A DNA stretch of 64,000 nt, from the NCBI RefSeq assembly GCF_030028105.1, contig NC_092373.1, positions 89,095,288-89,159,287 of the forward strand. The letters run 5' to 3'. Positions 1 through 12,179 of the stretch are shown here, one piece after another; position 1 is the stretch's first letter; every line of letters begins with the position of its first letter. The notes under the pieces are model-generated. The model worked only from the letters and a program-made list of their open reading frames with translations, was not told the origin of the DNA and searched no databases. A program made the translations under genes and the position numbers. The stretch is from Mobula birostris. Its lineage: Eukaryota.

Positions 1-265
1 GTTACATATGCAGTTCAACTCTAGTGAAAATGCAGAAAGTTTAAAGTTAATAACTCATCTCCTTCTAGCTTAGGCCACAAACTTATCAATCACCCCTGCT
101 ATGGATCACTTCTGGAGGTCCAAGACACCGACTTCTACAAAGAACGGATCCGTATGCTCCACGACTGCTGGACTAAGTGTGTAAATGTAGGAAAAATAAA
201 TGTGCTAGGTTTTCTAAAATTGACTCCTTCTACCTTGGCCATGAACTTATCAATCACCCCTTGTA
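1..265 (+). mobile_element. Mariner-type DNA transposon derivative, right end (runs off the window start)
   Basis: Frameshifted mariner C-terminal remnant (FYKE..IRMLHDCWTKCVNVG) followed by the terminus ...AACTTATCAATCACCCCTTG and TA. The ~35-bp terminal motif also occurs internally at ~62-97. Confidence 0.7.
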
Positions 266-505
266 TAAGGAAAGGTTGAATAGGTTAGGACTTTATTCCT
301 TTGAAACATAGAAGTTTGAGAGGAGACTTGATAGAGATATACAAAATTATGAGGGATATGGATAGGATAAATGTAAGCTGGCTTTTTCCACTGAGGTTGG
401 ATGGGACTACAACCAGAGATCATGGGTTAAGGGTGAACAGTGAAAAGTTTAAGAGGAACATGAGGCGAAACTGCCTTTCTCAAAGGGTCATGAGAGGGTG
501 GAATG
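266..505 (+). mobile_element. CR1-clade LINE 3' fragment
   Basis: LGLYSL..RSLRGDLIEIYKIM...TRDHGLRV...SQRVMRGWN, typical CR1 ORF2 C-terminus. Confidence 0.85.
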
Positions 506-891
506 ATACTTATGGTGTGGTCCTCCTGTAGGTAGACCTGATCATCTTCATCAGGCATGTGGCCATCCTGTCTTCTGTTGTCTTCCATCAGCACTGGGAG
601 CTTTGTCATATGGCTAGTTTTATTACGGCTGCCCAGTGTCACAGTTAGTGGAGGTGCTGCCTCAGATAAGGGCACACAGACAGCACCCGAGGACAGGGTT
701 GAACCTGAGTCTCTGGGGCTGTGAAACAGTGAACCTACTATCTAAGCCACCCTCAACCTATAATGGCTTCTCTTCCTGAAACAGTATCGTCATCTCAGTA
801 TCCCTAAGTATTTATGTTTTGTTCTCTCCCATATCTCATGCACAGACTGCCCCCTTGCAATATCATTCAACAATGTCAGTTTTTATATGAT

Positions 892-1937
892 GACATGGTG
901 ACGCAGTTAGATAGAGATGTTGCCTTACAGGTTTGATCAGTGATCCTGACTTCCAGTACTGTCCGTGTGGATTTCACACGTTCTCCCTGTGACCACATGG
1001 TTTCCCTCTGTATGGTACACTTTCCCTCCACATTCCCAAAGACTTGTGGGTTGGTGGGCAATTGGCTGCTGTAAGTTGCCCCTGTGTGTGTGGGTGAGTG
1101 GTAGGATCTGGAGGGAGTTCGTGAGAATAAAAGAGAGGATTGATGTCATTCATTCAGGTGCCTTGCCATTCGGTGTGGGCGATCATGTCTCTCCATCCAT
1201 CACAGTCCCTGACCCTCCGAATTGTAGTTGTTGCCTCCTCTGTATCTAACCATGATGTTATTCCATCTGTCATTTTCATTCTCTGTCTGCCTCTGCTTCT
1301 TTTCCCTTCCAGCTTTCCAGTTGTAACTAAATGTTCTAATGTCTGTCTTCGCATGATGTGTCCAAAGAATTTTGATTGCTGTTTTCTGATTTTTTTAAGT
1401 AATGTGCGTTTTGTTTTCGTTCTCTGTAGAACTTCTTTGTTGGTTATCCTGTCCACATATGATATGCATAGCATTCTTCTGAGGAACCACATCTCTGCTG
1501 CATTGATTCTTTTTTCTATTGTATTTGTGATAGTCGGTGTCGGTTCTGTGCAATTGCTCAGCAAAAGGAGGTGTAAGGTGTTCCTTCCGTCCGATAGCCT
1601 ACAGGTCACCCTTGGGCAAGGTGTAGTACCTTTTTAGCCTCCCAATCAGGGTCATGTGAAGCCATGGTTTGCAGGTGGTGGATGGTCTTACAAGCAGTTT
1701 TTACAATTGGAATTTATGGTGGTGAGACTAAAAATGCTGGACAGATCAATCTGCTGATCAATGGACAGGGTATGGACACCACAATTGAAGAAGGCAACCA
1801 CATCAGTGTTCCTCCCTTGTACAATCATGAGCTCAAATCAACTACGGGTTGATGTAGGGTTGGTGTAAACTAGGTGATTGATGCTCAGTACTGACACAGT
1901 GGGACAAAACACCTGTTTCTATGTTGTATCTCTCTAA
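892..1937 (+). mobile_element. HE1-like V-SINE split by an RTE-derived insertion (parts ~892-1146 and ~1849-1937)
   Basis: tRNA-like head, V-domain (GTGTGGATTTCACACGTTCTCCCTGTGACC...CCACATTCCCAAAGAC), CR1-like tail resuming at ~1850. Confidence 0.75.
1147..1848 (-). mobile_element. RTE-clade LINE derivative (non-coding 5' part fused to ORF2 C-terminus)
   Basis: Open RTE C-terminal peptide EKRINAAEMWFLRRML...FFGHIMRR..LEHLVTTGKLEGKRSRGRQR; TGAA-type 3' tail; TTGATGT direct repeat at 1140-1146 and 1849-1855. Confidence 0.8.
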
Positions 1938-2275
1938 CTCAGCGGCTCCTCAGCATTTCCTCAGCGAGGGATCAGCGAAGTCTTCATACATCGTTGCTCC
2001 TCAGAGCTGTGGTGCCCAACTCTCTGCTCTTGCAGTTTCTGGTTCAACTGAACTGTCGAAGAATTGGGATAAGTATTATTGATGACCAGTCAGCAAACTT
2101 GCTCTGGTAACATTGGGAGGAATTGATGAGTCTACTGCACCAACAGCCAATGTACCGCAGGATTTGACTGAAGTGTCAAACATGATACGGTTACGATGTT
2201 TAATGTGCATTTTGAGCTGAACACCGGAACGCACAAAAATAATGCACGTGAATATGCCGAGAATGGAGGGATATG

Positions 2276-2518
2276 GATTAATTTTAATTTCATTTAGAGG
2301 TACAGCACAGAAACAGGCCCTTCTGGCCCTACAAGCCTGCGCCACCCAATTTCACCCATGTGACCAATTAACCTAGTAATCTGTGCCTGTTTGGAATGTG
2401 AGAAGATATGTGAGCACCTGGAGGCGGTCATGAGAACAACATACAAACTCCTTACGGACGGAATTGAACCTGGGTCACTGGCACTGTAGTAACATTATAC
2501 TGACTGCTACACTGCCCA
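2276..2518 (-). mobile_element. HE1-like V-SINE
   Basis: Reverse complement of CR1-type tail (ACAGCACAGAAACAGGCCCTTCTGGCCC), V-domain and tRNA-like head (GGAATTGAACCTGGGTC). Confidence 0.75.
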
Positions 2519-2569
2519 TTATGGGTGTAAGATCTGTTCCTGTGCTTTAAATTCTATGTAAAATGGATG

Positions 2570-3090
2570 TTTGGCATCCATCTATCTTGAAGGACAATGG
2601 TGATAATGATTCTTGGTGGAAGATTTGGAGATCTTGAGATGCCCAGCCATCAAGATCCCTTCTTTTGGCCTCTCCAGTGTAGTCCAAGGGAAAGCTTATG
2701 AAGCAATACGTTTGGCACCAGCTTGGCTGCAGGAGCTGCCAGAATGATGTTCAAAGACTTCCAGCTGCCTTAGGGGCTCCACTCCAGATTTGCTGTCCGG
2801 ATTTACTCCCGTAGCCTTCCTCTCTCCTGAGGGTGCCCACAAGGCAGTGGGGCTACTTACCCATAGATGGGGATCTGGTTCACGAGCACCAGAGCATCAC
2901 CACATGCCGGTGTGCCTGTGTGCTACATGGGCAGGGGCCAGACCTCCTCCCTGTCTTCTGTAGTTCAACCTGAGTCCGAAAGAGTTTCTCTGTGTTGCCA
3001 GTGAGGAGATACTACTGAGGCTTGCTGTTGGAGAGCCTATAAACTGACAGGGAGGGACTTACGTACTCAACTCTCCTTTTCGTGAGACCA
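2570..3090 (-). mobile_element. Non-autonomous RTE-related element (5'UTR-like region joined to a short RTE-type 3' end)
   Basis: Minus strand reads GAAGGCTACGGGAGTAAATCCGG..AAATCTGGAGTGGAGCCCCTAAGGC (RTE 5'-region-like) and ends CCATTGTCCTTCAAGATAGATGGATGCC (RTE 3'-end-like); no ORF. Confidence 0.55.
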
Positions 3091-4559
3091 CTACCACACT
3101 AGACGCGTCACAACAACCATTTTGACACCATGGATAAAACATGTTTAAAAATTGAGTGAGTGCTGTTGAAGACGGGGTTAATAATAATGAGGTGTGAAAT
3201 ATAAATATACCCGTGGCATGGAACCTATGATAGAATAGATTGTGCATAGATGGTAGAGGGAGATTAAGTGGGCAGGTAAAGTCTGGTGCAGGATAAACTG
3301 CAAAAGGAGATTAAATGGCTGGAGCAAAGTCATCATAGCGTGCTTTGTACTGGGTCTGTGGGTACAGATTAAATGGGAAGATGAAGTCCATGTGGGATAG
3401 ATTAAATTGTGATTGAGAGAGAATGTGCCCATGAAACAGTGGATTGCACATGGGATGAAGAAAGTAAAAAGACTTAGAGTCAGGAATGAGAGGATTTGCA
3501 ATGTTTGTCAAGAAATGTCTTCCAAGCTCTATGTTGTTGGTTTGCCCAATTCAGAAACAATGTGTGTTGAACTGAAGTGTTGACTTTGCAAAAACAATGT
3601 ACTTTGTAACAAGAGTCAACACCATAACCACTTCTAAACAGAATGTGACTATGCGCAGGAACAAAGCTGGTTTAGGGGAATGAATGATTCCAGCCGTATG
3701 ATAGAGCTGCATTACTATTGGCAGAGAGCCAGTGGCTTCTGTGATCTTGCCTGGTCAAGTCTAATAAACCAGTCTGCCCTCACTGTGAAAATATTTCTCT
3801 CTTGTCAGTTGCCTTGCCACATCAGCTCCATGCTGAGCATGTCAAATCAAGCTGCAGTAACTTTTCAGAAAAGCTAGGGAACCAAGCATCTAATAAAGAG
3901 GAGGAATTAGAGGAAAATAAGTATTAATTTTTTTAAACAATAGTTTTACAGAGAAATAAATTAATGGAGATGAAAGGCTATAAATCCAAAATTCTGACGA
4001 TTTGCAGGCACACTACTGAAAACCCCTTGGAAATATTAATGCTATTGCTTGTAATGTTCCTAAATTCTGTAGATTATGGATTAGTTCCTGTACATTGCAG
4101 GGTGGCAAATGAGACTCCACTATATAAAATGGAAGGAGGGTGTATGAGCCAGTGTTGTGGGTTTATCATGGTAACAAATCATATGAGAGGGGGCATGGTA
4201 AAAACCAAGGGAATAAGTTGTAAAATACTTATTTTATGGCAGTTTATAGCTTGGGCTGGTGGAGTCGTATCTCTGCTGACTGCTGAGATAACACTTCAGT
4301 AATATCTCCTAAAGATTGTATGTTTGCTAATTGTTAATAAAAGATCAAAATAAGTAATTTGGCTTTTTGGAGTAATCATTTCATTGGAGCTGAGGGTGTG
4401 TCGCGCAAGTATAACAACCCCATGGCAGTCGCAGGCTAGCGGCAATTGTTTTGGTTTTGGATTAGTTTTTGCCTCTACAGTGGGAGAAAACTGAAGTATA
4501 GACAAGCTAGCATAACATCAGATACTGGGTAAATATTACTGGAAACAAATAAATCCAAT

Positions 4560-6050
4560 ATGAATTAATGAAATTGAAAAACCCATTAGAGTGTTTTGAG
4601 CATGTACCAGATAGCATAGAATGGATAAAGGAGAAACAACTAATACTGAATATATGGATTTTTAAAAGGACTGTAATAAAGTCCAGTATAAGAGGTCAGC
4701 ATGGAAAGTTGAAGCATATTGCACTGGGGAGTAATGTATTGGCATGGATTGAAATTGATTAACAAATAAGAAACATAGAGATGGCACTAATGGGGCATTT
4801 CCATGATGCCAGGCAGTGGCCTGCAGGGCTCCACAGGGATTGTTGCACGGGCCCAGCTATTCATAATGGTATAGGTGTGAGAATATTTGTGTCAAGTGAT
4901 GACACAAAACTGAGTGGGATTGTAAGTTAGAAGGATGAAAAGAGGCTTCAAGGCAAATGATGCAAGCTGAGTGAGCGGGCAAATACATGACAGACACAGT
5001 ACAGAGTCGATAAGGGTGAGATTATTCACTTCAGTAGGAACAACTGAAAGTCAGAATTATTTCAAGAGTAGAGTAAAATTAGATAGATTGGTTTATTGTT
5101 ATCACTGTGCCTCAGCACAGTGAAAATCTTTGTTTTGCATGCCATCCTTACAGATAATTTCATGGCAAGGTAATACAAATGAAAAGCAATAACAGGATGT
5201 AGAATTAACTGTTACAGAGATGCATGTAGGCAGGCAATAAGCTGCAAGACTGTGACGAGGTAAATTGTGAATTCAAGTTCAAAAGTCTTATAACAGTGAG
5301 ACAGAAGCTGTTCTTGAGCCTGGTGGTATGTGCTTTCATACTGTAGTATTTTCTGCCTAATGGGAAGGAGAGAGAATGTCTGGAGTGGCAGGGATCTTTG
5401 ATTATGTTGGCTGCTTTATGAATGCAGAAAGAAAGTGTTGTGAAATGTTGATATGCTGATTTATATACTGTAGAACATGGTCATTCACTTAGAGTAAGCA
5501 TATAGGTGCAGCAAGATGTTCAGGGGTAAATGGTATTTTGACTTTTATTACAAGGGGCTCTGTACTGGAGCAAAATACCCTCTGACAATTATACAGGCCT
5601 TGGTGAGACCATATCTGGGGTAGCACAAGCGAATTTGCAAATTTGATCTTACGCCAGAGGTCACACAGCCCTCATACTGATTCCTGGGATGGAACTGTTA
5701 GAACTGAAGTGATATATATCCATTGGAGTTTAAAAGAATGAGAGGAGATGTCACTGAGAAGTGCAAAATTCTGACAGGGCTGGACAGAGTGGATGCCGAT
5801 TGGATGTTTCCCCTGCTGGGGGTCAGGAATGAAAGGTGATAGTTTGAAGATAAAGGGTAAAACATTTTGACGTCATGAGAAATTTATTCACATAGAGAGC
5901 AGTGAACCTGTAATCACGGAAAATGTTGAAAAACACGTAGATTTCTTGCTATCAGTATCGGGGAGAGTGCAGGAATATGGTTTTGCCATGATTCCATTGA
6001 ATGGTTAAACAGGTTTGAAGAGCTTATATCCTCCGGTTGTTTTCCTATAC
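4560..6050 (+). mobile_element. Degraded CR1 LINE (RT to 3' end), interrupted at ~5080-5430 by an opposite-strand LINE 3' tail
   Basis: Remnants of GNVLAWIE.W, DDTKL.G, LVRP.L, EFKRMRGD; many stops and frameshifts. Confidence 0.7.
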
Positions 6051-6844
6051 CTCTATGCTGCTGCACTTTATGGCTAAGAAGGAATTCAGACATTGAATGT
6101 TTTGGATATTTGAAAAGTAGATACTGTTAGATAATTTTGAATAATGTTTCACAGGGTTCCCTTGAGCACTTTCAAAGCAAATATAGGCTAGATTTGACCC
6201 AAGGGTAAAGCCGCAATCGCATCAGACATTGTCATAGCTTGTACAACTAGTCAGGTACCGGATGGTATAGCCTCAGAACCTAGAAGCCTCTATCCTGCCC
6301 CATCAGACACTCTCAGGGTAGCTTCTCCATGGGTTGGATTAAAAAGTTAAGTTCCTTTTGATACCCATTCTCATTTGGCTGACTCCTGAATGACAGTAGT
6401 AATTTTCCTGGTAAATCATTATCCTTATTATAGTTTGCTTAGACTGCTGCCCACTGTAGACAAGCTTTGGTCTCCCTGAGTGGGTTTGTTGCTAAGACTT
6501 TAACATTTAATTATAGCCAGTATTATCACAAAGCAACAGGATTCAAAGAAGGATTTACTGCTGAATGTGGGTCTCTAAAATACAGACACTTATGTACCAA
6601 AGGGGAAAACAAAGTCTCAAGTGTCATTAACCAAGAGTCAGATCCCGAATGGCTGAGATTTTAGTCTATGTGCAAATGTGTTTAGATGCTCTCTGTAATC
6701 TGTTGATAACATCTTTTCCCTGGGAGATTGATCCACAATAATATGTGTTGATTTGTGTGTGTTGTAAGCAGACCATTGGTCTTAAATTGCATTTTAACAC
6801 GAGCAAGAGAATTAAGAAGAAAATATCACAGAATGTTGTGTGAT

Positions 6845-7330
6845 TAGGTGCCTCCTGTACCTGATGAAGTGGCCACCGAGTGTATGTTTGTGGCCCTCTG
6901 CTGCTGTACTCCATCCTCGTTAAGGTTTGACATGTATTCAGAGATGCTCTTCTGCACACCACCATTGTAATGTGTGATCCGTAACCTTCCTGCCATTTGA
7001 ACCAGTCTGACCATTCTCTTCTGATCTCTCTCATTAACAAGGCATTTTTGCCCACAGAATATTTTTTATTTGTTACATCATTCTCTGTAAAGACTAGAGA
7101 CTGTTGTGTGTGGAAATCCCAGGAGATCAGTAGTTTCTGAGATACTGGAACCACCCTGTCTGACAAACAATCACTCCATGGTCAAAGTGAATTAGATCAC
7201 ATTTCTTCCCCATTCTGAATTTTGGTCTGAACAACAACTGAACCTCTTGACCATGTCTGTATGCTTTTATGCATTGAGTTGCTGCCACATGATTGGCTGA
7301 TTACATATTTGCATTAACGAGCAGGTGTAT
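6845..7330 (-). mobile_element. Tc1-family DNA transposon remnant
   Basis: Minus strand gives a frameshifted Tc1 transposase N-terminus (SISETTDLLGFPHTTVSSLYRE...); internal TIR-like AAGTGGCCACCGAGTG. Confidence 0.75.
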
Positions 7331-7949
7331 ATTGATAATCCAATTCCCGTTTTGAAGTCACTGCAGAAACTGCTTCCACCATCCTTCCCAAAAAATAATA
7401 ACTTGCTATATTGGGGAAAAAAATCTCTTATCTTCCTGTGATACCTTTATCAGTTGCGTTAATTCTGAGTCTTCTGCTTTCTGACTCAGCTTTTGCTGTT
7501 TCTGTTTATTTACCATCGTAATGTTTTGCACTTCTGTTATATCTCCCTGTGAGATATTTTATGCTCATAAGGAGTATGAATACAAACATAAATATTATGT
7601 CACACCACACTGTAGTTATGTTTATATTGATATTTATTACATTCCAGGATCTGTTCCTAAGGCATTTGACTTCTGCAGATCTCCAAATATGTTCGAGGCA
7701 GCCATTCCTCATTTGAATTTTGAGCACATTCAGATCATGTTCCAAAGCGGTAGATTAGGATACTGGATCATCAACAGGGCAGGTACTGAGGGTAGCACAG
7801 ATGCACAGCTTCCTCACAGCGCCCAAGACCTGGTTTCAATCCTAACCTTGACTGCTGTTTGTGTGAAGGGTGCATCCCCTTCCTGTGACTATGAGGGTTT
7901 TATCCATCTGCTCTGGTTTCCTTTCGCATCCCACAGAAGTGTGGGTTAG

Positions 7950-10900
7950 AAACATAGAAAACCTACAGCACAATACAGGCCCTTTGGCCCACAATGCTGT
8001 GCCAAACATGTACTTACTTTAGAAATTACCTAGGGTTACCCATAGCCCTCTATTTTTCTAAGCTCCATGTACCTATCCAGGAGTCTCTTAAAAGACCCTA
8101 TCGTATCTGCTTCCACCACCATCTGCGTAAAAATACTTACACCTGACACCTCCTCTGTACCTACTTCCAAGCACCTTAAAACTGTGCCCTCTCGTGTTAG
8201 CCATTTCAGCCCTGGGAAAATGCATCCGACTATCCACACGATCAGTGCCTCTCATCATCTTACACACCTCGATCAGGTCACCTCTCATCCTCTATCGCTC
8301 CAAGGAGAAAAGGCCAAGCTCACTCAACCTATTCTCATAAGGCATGCTCCCCAATCCAGGCAACCTCCTTGTAAATCTCCTCTGCACCCTTTTCGATAGT
8401 TTCCACATCTTTCCTATAGTGAGGTGACCAGAACTGAGCACAGAACACCAAGTGGGGTCTGACCAGGGTCCTATATAGCTGTAACATTACCTCCTGCTCT
8501 TGAACTCAATCCCACTGTTCATGAAGGCCAATACATCATATGCCTTCTTAACCACAGAGTCAACCTGCGCAGCACTTTTGAGTGTCTTATGGACACGGAC
8601 CCCAAGATCCCTCTGATCCTCCACACTGCCGAGAGTCTTACCATTAATTCTATATTCTGCCATCTTACTTGACCTACCAAAATGAACCACCTCACACTTA
8701 TCTGGGTTGAACTCCATCTGCCACTTAGCCCAGTTTTTCATCCTATCAATGTCCCGTTATAATCTCTGACAGCCCTCCACACTATCCACAAGACCACCAA
8801 CCTTTGCGTCATCAGCAAATTTAATAACCCATCTCTCCACTTCCTCATCCAGGTCATTTACAAAAATCACAAAGAGAAAGGGTCCCAGAAAAGATCCCTG
8901 AGGCACACCACTGGTCACCAACCTCCATGCAGAATATGACCCTTTACAACTACTCTTTGCCTTCTGTGGGCAAGCCAATTCTAGATCCACAAAGCAAAGT
9001 CCCCTTAGATCGCATGCCTCCTTACTTTCTCAATAAGCTTTGCATGGGGTACCTTGTCAAATGCCTTGCTGAAATCCATATACACTACATCTACTGCTCT
9101 ACCTTTATCAATGTGTTTAGTCACATCCTCAAAAGATTCAGTCAGGCTCATAAGTCATGACCTGCCGATGACAAAGCCATGCTGACTACAGGTTTCCGGC
9201 CATCCGAAGGTAGAGTGTTCCTATGAAACGGTTCGTAAGCCGAAATGTCGTAAAGCGAAAGAAGCAATTACCATTTATTTATATGGGAAATCATGCCAAA
9301 TCATGCCAAATAACACATAAAACCTAAAATAACAGTAACATGTAGTAAAAGCAGGAATTATATGATAAATACACAGCCTAAATAAGGTAGAAATACTTCT
9401 GTACAACGATTGCCTGCACAGATCTCCGTAGCGAAAATCTCACGCAAACGCTGTCAGCAGAAAATCTCACGCAAGCGCTGTTGGCATAAACGCGCTCTCC
9501 AGTAACCTTTAAACTATGAAGCTGCCAAATCTACCAAATAACACGTAAAAATACACAGCTTATATAAAGTAGAAATAATGTATGTACAGTGTAGTATCAC
9601 TTACTGGAATTGGGAAAACAGCGCTGAGCACACTGATGATGGTGTGTTCGACTGAGTTGTTGCAGGCTGGGTGGTGCAGTGGCTCCCACCCTCCGGGCCG
9701 CGGACCCGATACATTGCCGTGAAGAACGCAGCAGTAGCCGGGAGGCACACAGCACATCGTTAAGAAAAAAGCCGAAATAAGCATGCTAATTAATTAGGTG
9801 CCGCCGACACGTAATTGTCGGCCCAGATCAGAGGCAATGCAATCGGAAATCGGCACAGTATCTGTCCGGGGCCCAGGTGTTGGGATGGTGGGACATGGGG
9901 GGTGTCATCTCATCGTTGATCAGGGCAGGCAGCTCATCTTCTCCTATGACTGCCTGCCTCGATGTCGAAGGTCGAGGTTCATCGTCTGCTGTGGCTGATG
10001 TGGAAGGCTTGCTTGGCTGCTGAGCCTCACGCGTTTTTCTATCATACAGTTGTTTGTAAGCACTCAAACCATCCTGTAAATATCCCCTAAACCTACGTAC
10101 CCTTTCAAGATTAAAGTCGTACTTTATCATTGCAGTAAAAATCTCACGCAGTTGCTTCACTTTCTGCATTCGGTTTCGATTGTTATCCTTTCCTCTTCCA
10201 ATTGCATCAGCTCTTTATCTATCAGTTCTTGGTCATGGGATGCCAAAACCTCTTCAACATCATCTTCGTCAACTTCCACAAGCCAAACTCACTTTGTCCT
10301 TGCTTCGTTCACCACGATCAAAAAGCATAATTATGTCTAGTTTTATGCTAAGTGTAACACCCTTACTCTTTCAGGCTTTTCCGACACCTTAGAACTCATC
10401 TTGCTAACGGCTGCTCAATGCAACGTGTTTCAGCAATGCCGTTCTGAATCCGGGGGAGAGCGGCTGCTTTTCTTCGTAACAGTGAAAACACCTTCTGAAA
10501 GCGAAAACAGGGTACTAATGTAGGTCCTTCGTAACAGTGAGGTTTCGTAAAGCAAGCGTTCGAAAAGCGGGGGACACCTGTATTGCTAATCATATTATGC
10601 CTCTCCAAATGTTCATAAATCCTGCCTCTCAGGATCTTCTCCATTAACTTACCAACCACTGAAGTAGGACTCACTGGTCTATAATTTCCTGGGCTATCTC
10701 TACTTATCTTTTCTTGAATAAGGTAACAACATCCACATCCTCCAATCCTCCAGAACCTCTCCTGTCCCCATTGATGATGCAAACATCATTGCCATAGGCT
10801 CAGCAATCTCCTCCCTCGTACCTCAGAGTAGCCAGGGGTACAGCTCATCCGGTCCCGGTGACTTATCCAACTTGATGCTTTCCAAAAGCTCCAGCACATC

Positions 10901-11028
10901 CTCTTTCTTAACGTCTACATGCTCAAGGTTTTCAGTCTGCTGTAAGTCATCCGTACAATCACCAAAGTCCCCTTCCGTAGTGAATACCGAAGCAAAGTAT
11001 TCATTAAGAACCTCCACTATCTCCTCCA
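7950..11028 (-). mobile_element. 5'-truncated CR1 LINE (RT region to 3' tail), interrupted by a Tigger element
   Basis: VTSGVPQGSFLGPFLFVIFVNDL, KFADDAK, WQMEFNPDKCEVVHFG, PGNYRPVSPTSVVGKLME, DKSPGPD. Confidence 0.9.
9189..10580 (-). mobile_element. Internally deleted Tigger/pogo DNA transposon
   Basis: CAGGT...ACCTG imperfect TIRs; TA on both flanks (9187-9188, 10581-10582); N-terminal HTH remnant (KGVTLSIKLDII..FDRGERSKD) joined to acidic C-terminal remnant (EVDEDDVEEVLASHDQEL; YDFNLERVRRF..YKQLY). Confidence 0.85.
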
Positions 11029-12179
11029 GGTTAGTAGATAACTTCGCACTGTAAGTTGTCCCGAGTGTATAGGTGAGTTGGGATCTAGGTGAGCTGATGG
11101 GACTGTGGAGAATTAAAAAGGGGGATTCATATAGGTTTACTGTAAATAGGTGATTGATCGTCAGCACAGACGTGTTAAACTGAAAGGCCTTTTCTGAGCT
11201 CTCTGACTATAAGCAGTTTTGTGGGCGCACCTGTGTGCGTATAGGACTGGGAGCGGACTGTGCAGCCCAGTGTAACTGAGAGGCTTTGGAGGAAGGTTCA
11301 GCAGTTAACTCTGTTACTGATACACCTACATTGAGGTGTTGAACTTCGTGATAGTCACTAAGTCCATGCAATTCGATTTTATTCTGGAACTCATGCTTAG
11401 TGGATTTAATGTAGTTCAACCTGGCAATCCCTCTTATAATTCCAGCAAGCCAAGGATACCAGCTGTCCTTGTGACTGAGCTCCCTGGAGCTTGCTTCTGA
11501 TGAGTCAGAGATGCAGTCAAGTTTTCATTCATTACTTGGGCTGTGACAATCCGCAGGAGGAATTCCCAGTATTACAGGAGCTGCCATCAGCCTTCTCAGT
11601 ATATCAGCAACCGTCAGATTGGATAAGCTTAGTGGAGCCTATTATTGAGATACTGTAATAATGAGTGAAGTCACCAAGTCCTGCATACTGCCATTGCGTT
11701 GATGCCGGGTAACTCATTTTATTGCTACGTCATTAAGGCTTCCTTGGTTGTTCTCCAGGTTCTGCCTTTTGTGCTGGGTGAGATACCCTGGTGGCAGCTT
11801 GATGTACTTCTGGGGGCACTGAATTTTCTGCAGTAAGCAACTAACCTTTCGGGAGCAGATATGAAATACTAAAATATCGATCTTTGGTCTTGCTAAAAGG
11901 TTTAAAACAGTCCCATTTTAGGTGATATATGGGTTCTTTACAAAAGTAAGCTTCTTGAAATTCCCTACAACCATCTTGGATTCACCATTGCACTGGTCTC
12001 CCATGATCCCTACAAGTGCCATTGAAGGTGCATGAAGGTAGAACTCCTAATTCCTGTCCACACTAATCTTCTGTTTTTAGAAATCAGAGAGGCAAAACAG
12101 GTAGGAGTCTTCTAATCCGAGTGTCCAGATTGAAATGTTCCTGGTTTGAACGAGCCACTTTTTAAGGCAGCATAGCATC

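Larger units (their letters stand above)
7780..11210 (+). mobile_element. V-SINE split into ~7780-7949 and ~11029-11210 by a CR1 insertion
   Basis: Head and V-domain stop at GGTTAG (7944-7949); the remainder resumes after a second GGTTAG (11029-11034). Confidence 0.7.

Noticed and set aside
670-760. tRNA genes (B-box-like GGTTCAA/GGTTCGA motifs here and in other SINE heads)
   Set aside because: These are degenerate tRNA-derived SINE heads with no complete cloverleaf.
1530-3090. HDV-like ribozymes in the RTE-derived heads
   Set aside because: Partial pairings (e.g. CTGCC/GGCAG preceded by CTAA on the minus strand near 2765-2850) were noticed, but I could not assemble the full nested double pseudoknot by eye.
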